A stretch of DNA of 25,191 nucleotides from Bacteroidia bacterium (GTDB lineage Bacteria > Bacteroidota > Bacteroidia > Bacteroidales > VadinHA17), in contig JAPLDX010000052.1 of NCBI GenBank assembly GCA_026391215.1, positions 1-25,191 on the forward strand, given 5' to 3'. The notes under the pieces are model-generated. The model had not been told where the DNA came from. It was given only the letters and a program-made list of their open reading frames with translations, and did not search any database. This document shows, one piece after another, positions 1 through 8,127 of this stretch. Numbering within the stretch: the stretch's first letter is position 1; the number at the start of each line of letters is the position of its first letter. The position numbers and the translations under genes were made by a program.

Positions 1-890
1 ACCTTGATCTTTTGAAGTGACTCCTTCATCAATGAGCGGGTAGAAAATTCAGGAAGCATGGCACTGCTGAGTCCGTTGGCCAGCAATAATGCAAGAGGAA
101 ATTCCTTTGCCCCGTAACGGAACCATGCAAATATCGATGGATCGCGGTATACGGCTGAAACTATAATTCCGTCAACATACTGGGCCGATCCGCTTATAAG
201 GGTGGTCAGGATCAATGGGGTTCCCAGGTAGAGGTGCTCTTTCATGAATTTCCAGGAGACTGTCATTTCTGTATATCTCCTTAGCAGGATAAGAAGCCAT
301 ATCCATCTTACACCTGAGATAATAAGTAATCCGTATATCGACCATATTATATCCTTTCCCAGAAGCAAAGGTCCGATAACGAGAATAAGCTGTGCAGTAA
401 AAGTATAAAGACCATACTGAAGAATACGGTGAGCCCTGTTATTCAACAGGTAGATATATTCGATCAGACAGACCGGGCTGCTTAAAAGTATATATAGGAG
501 CAGTAAATTAAGGTATGGAACATTACCTCTAAAATGGAACACTGAAAAGCTGTTCTTTAAAGAATGTCCCAGGACAAAAATCAGGAGGCTGAAAAAACAA
601 AGCAGCAGGAATGCATTGAATATCTCCGGAGATTTTTCTGTTCCGTTATCACCTAATTTCCGGTAGGTTTTATTGCGGTGATAAAGAGGGAGGAGTGACT
701 GAATGATTCCTGTGACCCAGAAAAAGCTGATCAGTCCGGCAATAAAAAGGAACATCTCCCATTTTCCGATTTCAGCGCGTGTCAGATGGCTTTTAGTTAA
801 TATAATGCTGATGATCAGGAAAACAGTGAATTTCATCAGCTGAAAGATCTGAAGACCCGAAATATTATCAATGAATTTGAATCTTTTCAA
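1..890 (-). CDS. Oligosaccharide flippase / polysaccharide biosynthesis (Wzx/MOP-like) membrane protein, 3' end outside window
   Basis: Not in the ORF track because it runs off the window edge. Manual translation from TTG at 890 gives MKRFKFIDNISGLQIFQLMKFTVFLIISIILTKSHLTRAEIGKWEMFLFIAGLISFFWVTGIIQSLLPLY..., with successive hydrophobic segments typical of a flippase N-terminus. Confidence 0.7.
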   Translation of the reverse strand, partial: MKRFKFIDNISGLQIFQLMKFTVFLIISIILTKSHLTRAEIGKWEMFLFIAGLISFFWVTGIIQSLLPLYHRNKTYRKLGDNGTEKSPEIFNAFLLLCFFSLLIFVLGHSLKNSFSVFHFRGNVPYLNLLLLYILLSSPVCLIEYIYLLNNRAHRILQYGLYTFTAQLILVIGPLLLGKDIIWSIYGLLIISGVRWIWLLILLRRYTEMTVSWKFMKEHLYLGTPLILTTLISGSAQYVDGIIVSAVYRDPSIFAWFRYGAKEFPLALLLANGLSSAMLPEFSTRSLMKESLQKIK

Positions 891-973
891 ACCTGCGCAA
901 TAAATTTCCCCGATTCTGCCTGTAACAATTTATTTCTCAAAAAATTGTCAGGGCAAACATTTTTAAAAACGCT

Positions 974-981
974 CAAAGATA
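974..981 (-). promoter_or_regulatory. Bacteroidota sigmaA -7 element (TATCTTTG) for the flippase-like gene
   Basis: caaagata at 974-981 reads TATCTTTG on the minus strand, matching TAnnTTTG, about 85 bp upstream of the TTG start. Confidence 0.5.
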
Positions 982-993
982 GTAAACCAAAAT

Positions 994-1024
994 TTTGTGA
1001 ATATGAATTTTGGGATTATTTTTG
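994..1024 (+). promoter_or_regulatory. Bacteroidota sigmaA promoter (-33 TTTG / -7 TATTTTTG) for tRNA-His
   Basis: TTTG at 994-997, 19-nt spacer, TATTTTTG at 1017-1024; the tRNA starts 14 nt later. Confidence 0.7.
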
Positions 1025-1037
1025 CACCTCATGACAC

Positions 1038-1112
1038 GGTGGATGTAGTTCAGTTGGTTAGAACGTCGGATTGTGGTTCCGAAGGTCGTGGGTTCGAATC
1101 CCATCTTCCACC
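1038..1112 (+). tRNA. tRNA-His (GTG)
   Basis: Cloverleaf: acceptor GTGGATG/CTTCCAC, anticodon arm TCGGA-TTGTGGT-TCCGA, T arm GTGGG-TTCGAAT-CCCAT. Has the His identity pair G-1 (1038):C73 (1112). A full CCA is not encoded (C73 is followed by CA). Confidence 0.97.
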
Positions 1113-1120
1113 CAAAAAAA

Positions 1121-1154
1121 AAGGCTGTCCCGCAAGTGGTGGCCTTATTTTTTT
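1121..1154 (+). terminator. Intrinsic terminator after tRNA-His
   Basis: Stem aaggctgtc/ggtggcctt (with GU pairs) followed by a T-tract; an upstream A-tract may make it bidirectional. Confidence 0.6.
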
Positions 1155-1187
1155 GCCGGCGCAAAAGCTTGCTTTTGGAAGCAATGT

Positions 1188-1232
1188 ACCCACCCTCCCC
1201 CGCCTCCCTCCCTGCTGAAGCAAGGAGGGAGG
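1188..1232. repeat. GC-rich REP-like hairpin with C-rich leader
   Basis: cctccctcc-ctgc-TGAA-gcaa-ggagggagg (1203-1232), preceded by cccaccctccccc. Same style as the elements at 7793-8110 and 20675-20766. Confidence 0.6.
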
Positions 1233-1294
1233 AGCTATATCAATTACTTGAAAAGATCTTTTCTTTCTTGCGGCTCCCAGGGTTCGCCATCGGA

Positions 1295-1312
1295 GTCCCG
1301 AGTACTCGGGAC
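1295..1312. repeat. Perfect 18-bp palindrome (TCCCGA...TCGGGA family) inside a larger imperfect hairpin
   Basis: gtcccgagtactcgggac is its own reverse complement. Flanked by gggttcgccatc / gatggcaatccc arms. Confidence 0.7.
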
Positions 1313-1402
1313 GAAGATGGCAATCCCTTCATTATTAAACCCCTTCATGGTTTTAGATCAGGGCGGCAGCTATTTACAGATACATCACAAATCACTGCCA
1401 GT

Positions 1403-1676
1403 AGTGCGGAAGCTTATGAAAGCAACGGGGGAGGCTATAAAAGCGATGCGGATGCCGATCACAGTAAAAGCGGACTCTGGTGCTTCAGGAGGGAAAGAGG
1501 CTGACAGGAGTTCAGAAGCGACCGGTTATAGTGCGGAAGCATCTGACAACAACGCAGAGGCTGATGAGAGGAGTGCGGAAGCCATCCAGCGCAATGCAGA
1601 AGTCAAAGAGTATAATGCGGGAGTTATTAAATTGAGTTCAGAGGCGGTTGGAAAGTGTTCAGAAGTGGATAATGAT
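1403..1676 (+). repeat. Degenerate 21-bp tandem array (about 13 units) encoding heptads of the (S/N)-A-E-A-x-x-x type; probably a decayed coiled-coil CDS
   Basis: Exact 21-bp period from 1509 to 1676: SSEATGY SAEASDN NAEADER SAEAIQR NAEVKEY NAGVIKL SSEAVGK CSEVDND. Upstream units SAEAYES (1403) and DADADHS (1445) are in a different frame. Confidence 0.65.
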
Positions 1677-2198
1677 CGTTCAATGCTATATTTAAAGAAA
1701 GAAAACTGATCAGGTGGAAGCAGAAATCCTTTAAGAATATTGAGAGATTAGTGTTTCACCTGTTCAATTCCAATTAGCACCAGAACCTTTTTTTGTAGAG
1801 CATTAATAATCAATCTTCTATATAAATTATATTAAAGATTGTTGACGGATTTAATGATAAGATCAAATGCTTTTGAGACTTTATAATTATTCAAGCCCAA
1901 TAAAAAAGAAAAGGAATGGAATAAGATAATTGATTATTGGAAAAGCCGTTGCCCTTGACCAATGATGGTAATCCATTATATCACATACCTAAGAGTCTTG
2001 GCATATATTTTCAGCAATAATTGTTTTGCAGATCCGACTGCAGATCGCCATTTAACCGCTATTTAAAAAGCACTACCGTTTTCGTTTATAGTGACTTTTA
2101 AAATAAGAAAAATAGAATAAATCATTATAAAATTTGAAAATTAGCGTAATAGTCCGTATTTTGTGGCGCGTATTCTACTAAAACTAAAACTAAATCGT

Positions 2199-5100
2199 AT
2201 GAAGAAACTTATTCTGTTGATTGTATTGTTTGTGTTTACAGGTGTTTCAGCACTTTTTGCACAGACAAGAGTCATTACAGGTACGGTTACCTCTGCTGTG
2301 GAGGGGGAAGGACCTATTCCCGGGGTATCTGTTGTTGTCCTGGGTACCACTGTCGGTGCCTATACGGATATTAACGGCAAGTACACCCTTAATGTACCGC
2401 AAAATGCGACTACTCTGAGTTTTACCTTTATAGGTATGAAAACCCAGGAGGTGGTGATAGCCGGGCAGACTGTTATAGATATATTAATGTCGCAGGACTT
2501 AATGAACCTTGACGAAGTCATAGTTACCGGTGTTGCAGCAGGAACACCCAAGAAGAAAATGGCTGTTTCTGTTGAAAGAATTGATGCTGAAAAACTAAAA
2601 GAAGTTATCGCCGGATCAGCCTCTTCTGCTCTTCAGGGAAAAGTATCAGGCGTAACAGTTGTAAGCTCAACCGGAGAACCAGGTAGCGCTGCCACCATTC
2701 TTGTCCGTGGAGCAACTCAGATCACCGGATCACAGGCTCCTCTGATCATCCTTGACGGAGCCATTATGGAAGGCACCCTGGGGGATATCAACGTTGATGA
2801 CATAGAATCAATCGAAGTCGTTAAAGGCGCTTCAGCTGCCGCACTATATGGGTCTCGCGCAGGTAACGGCGTAATAGCTGTGACCACACGCCGCGGAAAT
2901 CTCCTTACCGAAGGAAAAACCGAAGTTATTTTCAGAAATGAATATGGTACCAACAAGCTGGGAAATAAATATAACCTGGCAACACATCACGCTTATGGAC
3001 TGGCCACTGACCAGGATAGCTATTCATATACAAAATATGCCGGTGTGACATATCCCGCAGATTATCATGGAACTGAAGGGGGCATAACGGGTTCACGCTC
3101 AATGGAAGCCGACATGTATATGGATAATCCCTATAAAACCCTTTACGACCATGAAGACCAGATCTTTGCCGGAAATGATTTCTACACCAATTACATTTCT
3201 GTCGGATCAAACCTTGGCAAAACCAACTTCCTTGTATCATTTGAGAACAATGTTCAGTCGGGCCTTCTGATTGAAACTGATGGTTACAAGAGAAACAGCT
3301 TCAGGTTGAATGTTGACCATAAGGTATCACCTAAGCTTTCAGTTTCTGCAAGCAACCTTTATGTTAAATCATCCACCCAGGATCCTGGAGGAGCCAACTA
3401 TTATAATGGCGGTATTTTCTTCAACGTCCTGATGTCAGAGCCCAACGTAGACTTCAGTTATCCCAATCCTGACGGTCAGCCTTATAATTTCATTGCTAAT
3501 GTATGGCAGGATGAAACTGAAAACCCGATATACAATGTCTGGAAAATACAGGATAATAATGTACGAAACAGGATCCTCGGAACGTATTCAGCTAAATATA
3601 ATATGACCAGTTTCCTCAATATTGAAGGGAAATATGCATTTGAATATTCACTGAGTGATTCTCAGACATATAACCCTTATGATACCTATGCACGGGGAGG
3701 TTCCGGTCCTGTTTACTCCCTGGGGTACCTTTACATAGGCAACAGCGCTCTCTTCTCAAGGAACGCCCAGATAACTGCAAACTTCAACAAGAAGCTCGGT
3801 GATTTCAATACCAGAGCCAAGGTTAGTTACCTTTTTGAAAAAACATCATACAATAGCAGCAGCTCATCAGGTTCTGACTTCGCGCTTGCAGGCGTTCCTT
3901 CATTTGATGCCATCTCAGGGAATATTTCGTCAACAAGCTATAAAAATGCCGTTATAGCCAAGAACTATTTTGGTATCTTATATATCGACTATAAAGACAA
4001 ATATATCTTTGACGGGATGGTACGCTATGATGGATCATCGCTTTTCGGTGCTGATGCCAGGTGGAATCCTTATTTCAGAGTATCAGGCGCTTACAGGCTT
4101 ACCGAAGATATTAAAATTCCGGGCATCCAGGAATTAAAGCTGAGAGCAGCTTACGGTACAGCAGGTCAGAGACCCGCTTTTGCAGATCAGTATGAAGTGA
4201 TGTCTATCTCCGGAGGAGTAGCTACTAAATCCCAGCTGGGGAATAAACTCCTTAAACCTTCATTGTCAAAGGAACTGGAATTTGGTCTTAATATTGACTT
4301 CCTCAACAGGTTCAGCTTTGAACTGGTACATTCAATTACCAATACAAGTGACCAGATCCTTTCCGTACCGCTGGCTGTACAGTTCGGCGGATGGCCCAGC
4401 CAGGTACGTAACGCAGGAAGCCTTAACTCAAAGGTATGGGAGGCATCATTGAATGCACAGGTTGTAAGAAGCAATGATATCAATTATAATATCGGCCTAA
4501 TCTTTGACAACATAAAAACAACCATTACCGAGTTGAATGTTCCGGCATTCCAGACCGGTCCGCAGGGACAGGAAGCTAACAAATGCTTCTATATCCGTGA
4601 AGGAGAAACATTTGGTGCAATGTATGGCTATGCATTCGTGAAAACACTTGACGAAATGCAGGCACAGCTTCCCACTACAAACCTTGCAACCACATGGTAT
4701 GATGATACAAGCATCGATTCCTATGTTGTTAACAGCGACGGTTATGTCATTGTTAAAGGGACTGAAGGAACCACTTCTGAGGCAGCAGTCAAAAAAATGA
4801 ATGCAGATGGTACACTCTGGTACGGCAAAGTAGGTGACTCAAATCCGAAGTTCAAGATCTCAATGACCAATAACATCTCTTACAAAGGGATCGGTCTTTA
4901 TGCCCTCCTTGAATGGAAGAACGGCGGCGATGTCTATAATAAATCAGCCCAATGGCTCACCCGTGACGACAGACATGGCATGATGGACCAGTATGGAAAA
5001 GCAGATTATCTGAAGAAAACCATATCTTATTATAAGAACTTCTATGACGTAAATAACTTTAACCAATTCTGGGTTGAAGACGGAAGTTTCCTGAAGCTGA

Positions 5101-5333
5101 GAGAGGTCTCCCTGTCATATACAGTACCGGCTTCAGCTCTGAGCGGTTTTATTAAAGGATATATTAAAGGCGTTAAAATTGCGCTGATAGGGAAGAATCT
5201 TTATACGCTTACCAACTATACGGGTTATGACCCTGAAGTAGCTACCACAGATGGAACCCAGTATTTCTCATATGACTTTATGGGATATCCCAACTACAGG
5301 TCATACTCTGCATCAATTGAAATTAAATTCTAA
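2199..5333 (+). CDS. susC: SusC/RagA family TonB-dependent outer-membrane transporter
   Basis: Signal peptide from ATG 2199 (MKKLILLIVL...ALFA), N-terminal extension domain, plug motif IESIEVVKGASAAALYGSRAGNGVI, C-terminal YTGYDPE and terminal Phe. The track's GTG 2163 start is probably too far upstream. Confidence 0.95.
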   Translation: MKKLILLIVLFVFTGVSALFAQTRVITGTVTSAVEGEGPIPGVSVVVLGTTVGAYTDINGKYTLNVPQNATTLSFTFIGMKTQEVVIAGQTVIDILMSQDLMNLDEVIVTGVAAGTPKKKMAVSVERIDAEKLKEVIAGSASSALQGKVSGVTVVSSTGEPGSAATILVRGATQITGSQAPLIILDGAIMEGTLGDINVDDIESIEVVKGASAAALYGSRAGNGVIAVTTRRGNLLTEGKTEVIFRNEYGTNKLGNKYNLATHHAYGLATDQDSYSYTKYAGVTYPADYHGTEGGITGSRSMEADMYMDNPYKTLYDHEDQIFAGNDFYTNYISVGSNLGKTNFLVSFENNVQSGLLIETDGYKRNSFRLNVDHKVSPKLSVSASNLYVKSSTQDPGGANYYNGGIFFNVLMSEPNVDFSYPNPDGQPYNFIANVWQDETENPIYNVWKIQDNNVRNRILGTYSAKYNMTSFLNIEGKYAFEYSLSDSQTYNPYDTYARGGSGPVYSLGYLYIGNSALFSRNAQITANFNKKLGDFNTRAKVSYLFEKTSYNSSSSSGSDFALAGVPSFDAISGNISSTSYKNAVIAKNYFGILYIDYKDKYIFDGMVRYDGSSLFGADARWNPYFRVSGAYRLTEDIKIPGIQELKLRAAYGTAGQRPAFADQYEVMSISGGVATKSQLGNKLLKPSLSKELEFGLNIDFLNRFSFELVHSITNTSDQILSVPLAVQFGGWPSQVRNAGSLNSKVWEASLNAQVVRSNDINYNIGLIFDNIKTTITELNVPAFQTGPQGQEANKCFYIREGETFGAMYGYAFVKTLDEMQAQLPTTNLATTWYDDTSIDSYVVNSDGYVIVKGTEGTTSEAAVKKMNADGTLWYGKVGDSNPKFKISMTNNISYKGIGLYALLEWKNGGDVYNKSAQWLTRDDRHGMMDQYGKADYLKKTISYYKNFYDVNNFNQFWVEDGSFLKLREVSLSYTVPASALSGFIKGYIKGVKIALIGKNLYTLTNYTGYDPEVATTDGTQYFSYDFMGYPNYRSYSASIEIKF

Positions 5334-5346
5334 TGATTAATTTAAA

Positions 5347-6846
5347 ATGACTATGAAAACATTTAGATATTTTATCTTACTATCAGCGCTGGTTGCAGTC
5401 CTGGTCTCAGGTTGTGAGAGTCTGGAGGTGAAGAATGAAAATGATCCGGATTTTGCGACTGCTTTTGCCAGACCGTCTGATGTAAAAGGGACCGTAGGCG
5501 GTCTTTTCAATACATGGTTCCAGAAAACACAGGATTATGATGGCCCGGCCCTTATGCTATGGGTAGGTGCTGATGCCGGAACCTGTTCACACGGAAACGC
5601 TGCAATGCGTGATTTCAGCTATGAACCGCGTATTGCATGGGATAACACCTCAGCTTATGGTAATGCCATAAACACTGAATCTTTCTATAAAACCATGTAT
5701 GCTGTCCTGTCACAGGCAAATGAAGTTCTTGGTAAAGTTGTGACAAGTGGCATGGTTATCACTGCCGACGACGGTACTGACGAAACCCCTATGGTTAAGG
5801 CAATGGCTTACCTCATGCAGGGATTGTCAATGGGTTATGTAGGACTGGTCTTTGATAAAGGATTTATTGTTGATGAGACGACAGTTCTCACTTCTGATAT
5901 TTCACTTTCAACCTATTCTGAAATTCTTGCAGCTGCAGTAGCCAGCCTTGATAAGTGTATTGCCGTTTGTTCCGCTAATACCTTTACCCTGCCAGACACA
6001 TGGATACCAGGAATTACTTATACACAGAAAGAGGTAGGTGAGATGGCCAATTCATATGCAGCACGCTTTCTTGCTTATGGTCCGAGGAACAAAGCAGAAA
6101 ACGATGCTGTCGACTGGGCCAGAGTATTAGGATATGCAAATAACGGACTGACATTTGATCTGGCTCCGGTAATGGACGATATCTATTGGTACGACCTATA
6201 TCATACCTATTCCTGTTTTCAGGGATGGGGACAGGTTGATATGCGGGTTGTAAACATGATGGATCCGGAAATGCCGGCTCGCTGGACAGATGCCAACACA
6301 TGGAATGTACTGCCCGCCCGCACAACATCGCATACAGAAGGTGTTGATGATCGCATATTCACTGATTACAAGTACTTATCTGCCTGCGGTTTTAAAGTTG
6401 ACCGTGGCTATTATCATTTTTCATGCTACAGATATGGAAGACATGACACATATCTTTCTACCTGGACCGAACCTTCTCCTATCTTCCGGAAGGCAGAGAA
6501 CGACCTCCTGAAGGCTGAAGCAATGCTTCATGGATCAAACATTGCAGGTGCTGCCGCTATAATAAATGCCGGCACCAGAGTTACCCGCGGTGGTCTTGCT
6601 CCCATTGGAGCAAATGCCTCTGAAGTTGAAGCTGCTATCTTCCATGAAAGAAATGTTGAACTTATGCTGTCAGGGGTGGGTGTTGAATTCTTTACAATGC
6701 GTAAAGCTGATAAACTCCAGCCGGGCACACCTCTGCACCTCCCAATACCTGGGCAGCAGCTCGAAGTCAACATCATGGATTACTATACCTTTGGCCCTGA
6801 TAAAGGCGTCGCAGGTCAGGATTATTCAAATGGAGGCTGGTTTTGA
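5347..6846 (+). CDS. susD: RagB/SusD family surface lipoprotein
   Basis: Directly follows susC; lipobox LVSG-C; SusD-like C-terminal motifs (LLKAEA, ERNVEL, LPIP). Start may be ATG 5353. Confidence 0.88.
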   Translation: MTMKTFRYFILLSALVAVLVSGCESLEVKNENDPDFATAFARPSDVKGTVGGLFNTWFQKTQDYDGPALMLWVGADAGTCSHGNAAMRDFSYEPRIAWDNTSAYGNAINTESFYKTMYAVLSQANEVLGKVVTSGMVITADDGTDETPMVKAMAYLMQGLSMGYVGLVFDKGFIVDETTVLTSDISLSTYSEILAAAVASLDKCIAVCSANTFTLPDTWIPGITYTQKEVGEMANSYAARFLAYGPRNKAENDAVDWARVLGYANNGLTFDLAPVMDDIYWYDLYHTYSCFQGWGQVDMRVVNMMDPEMPARWTDANTWNVLPARTTSHTEGVDDRIFTDYKYLSACGFKVDRGYYHFSCYRYGRHDTYLSTWTEPSPIFRKAENDLLKAEAMLHGSNIAGAAAIINAGTRVTRGGLAPIGANASEVEAAIFHERNVELMLSGVGVEFFTMRKADKLQPGTPLHLPIPGQQLEVNIMDYYTFGPDKGVAGQDYSNGGWF

Positions 6847-6884
6847 TAGTATTGAATATTAAGTAACAATTAAACTTAAGAATT

Positions 6885-7709
6885 ATGAAAAACAAAATAA
6901 TGGCATGTATAGCTTTCTTCCTTGCAGCAGTACTACTTTTAGCTTCCTGCGGAAAGAGCTATATCGAAGAAAACCAAGATGCCTATAAGCCAACTGATGT
7001 TATTCCTGTTGTTATAAGTACATCAGGTCCTACACAAGCATTACAGACATTTTCTTATGATTTTGCTGTTAGTTACAGCCGCTCCGGTTCAACATGGGCA
7101 TGGAGTGTTGTAGACGCTACAGTTCAAACGGTGAGCGAAGATACAAAGAAAGCTTCTGTTCTCTTTAACGTACTCCCGGCAGGCGATACTGCCCTGGTCA
7201 AGGTAACGGAAACTACTATCGCAGGTGTAACTTCAGCTGAAAAAATCTTAAAAGTGAAAGTTTTTCCATTCTGCCCGCTGACGAATGGATTAGCCGACCT
7301 GGTAGGAACCTGGTCAGGTACTGACGGACAAGGACCTGATTATATTTATGATGTAACAAGTTCTGTCACAACTACTGTAAGTGGTACAAAATTGAGCGTT
7401 GCCGGTGCAAATGTTGCCTTTATGGCAGATTTCTGGGGCGAAAACATAGTTTCCGGAGGATCATTCCTTGTGACGGTAAATCCTAATGGAACTCTAGATA
7501 TCCCGCAACAGGCCTTCTGCAGAACCGACTGGGATGCTGACTACGAAATCAAAGGCACAGGTACATGGGACAACTGCGGTTCAAGTCCTACCCTTAAGAT
7601 TAATTATGATATTTATTACAAAGATGGACCGTACTGGCTTGCAGCCAGATATGGTGCAAATTATTTTGGTGGTAAAACTTACCTGACACTTAATATTAAA
7701 ATGGATTAA
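6885..7709 (+). CDS. Surface lipoprotein of unknown function (SusE-positioned), beta-rich, probably two domains
   Basis: Lipobox LLAS-C; third gene of the susCD unit; Thr/Val/Ser-rich; LVGTWSGTD motif starts a second domain. Confidence 0.8.
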   Translation: MKNKIMACIAFFLAAVLLLASCGKSYIEENQDAYKPTDVIPVVISTSGPTQALQTFSYDFAVSYSRSGSTWAWSVVDATVQTVSEDTKKASVLFNVLPAGDTALVKVTETTIAGVTSAEKILKVKVFPFCPLTNGLADLVGTWSGTDGQGPDYIYDVTSSVTTTVSGTKLSVAGANVAFMADFWGENIVSGGSFLVTVNPNGTLDIPQQAFCRTDWDADYEIKGTGTWDNCGSSPTLKINYDIYYKDGPYWLAARYGANYFGGKTYLTLNIKMD

Positions 7710-7757
7710 ATATTATTTGCCGGGGAAATAAAACTCGTCGATTAATCTGCTCATAAG

Positions 7758-7790
7758 AAGAGGATGTCTAAAAAGCATCCTCTTTTATTT
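7758..7790 (+). terminator. Intrinsic terminator of the susCD-lipoprotein operon
   Basis: aagaggatg (7758-7766) / catcctctt (7776-7784) followed by ttattt. Confidence 0.7.
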
Positions 7791-7806
7791 TACCCCTAAA
7801 TCCCCC

Positions 7807-8091
7807 ACTACCCTTTATACACAAGTATTACAATTAATCTATAGTATTGATTAACAGGAGATTCCTCACTTCGTTCGGAATGACAGAATGTGGAGGAAAC
7901 AATAGGGGAAGAAGCGGCGATTCGCAAAAGAATTTAGAAAAGATGTAATTAATTGGGTGCGAATCGCCGCTTCTTCCCCTCTATTAACAACAAAAATTCT
8001 GTCATTCCGAATGAAGCCGACGAAGGAGGCGTAATGAGGAATCTCCTTCTTACAAACAAAATAAAAAAATAATAGGTGTATAAAGGGTAGT
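7807..8091. mobile_element. 285-bp non-autonomous MITE with 16-bp perfect TIRs and 9-bp target-site duplication
   Basis: TIR-L actaccctttatacac (7807-7822), TIR-R gtgtataaagggtagt (8076-8091). Direct repeat aaatccccc at 7798-7806 and 8092-8100. No transposase; two internal nested inverted-repeat pairs. Confidence 0.88.
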
Positions 8092-8127
8092 AAATCCCCC
8101 AGGGGGGACTTGCTGACTATCAGCAGT

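Noticed and set aside
1038-1112. tRNA-His as an integration site of a genomic island, and its U6-U67 acceptor mismatch
   Set aside because: No integrase or duplicated tRNA 3' end seen; a single acceptor-stem mismatch is not enough to call it non-functional.
973-1504. ORFs 973-1164(-), 997-1218(+), 1073-1504(+) and the 5' part of 1071-1709(+)
   Set aside because: They run across tRNA-His, its terminator and palindromes; only the heptad portion looks protein-derived.
1403-1676. 21-bp array as a CRISPR or DGR
   Set aside because: No identical repeats with unique spacers of CRISPR size; variation is codon-like; no cas or reverse transcriptase gene in the window.
2163-2198. GTG 2163 start for susC
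   Set aside because: The signal peptide begins at ATG 2199, preceded by an A-rich Bacteroidota-type initiation region.
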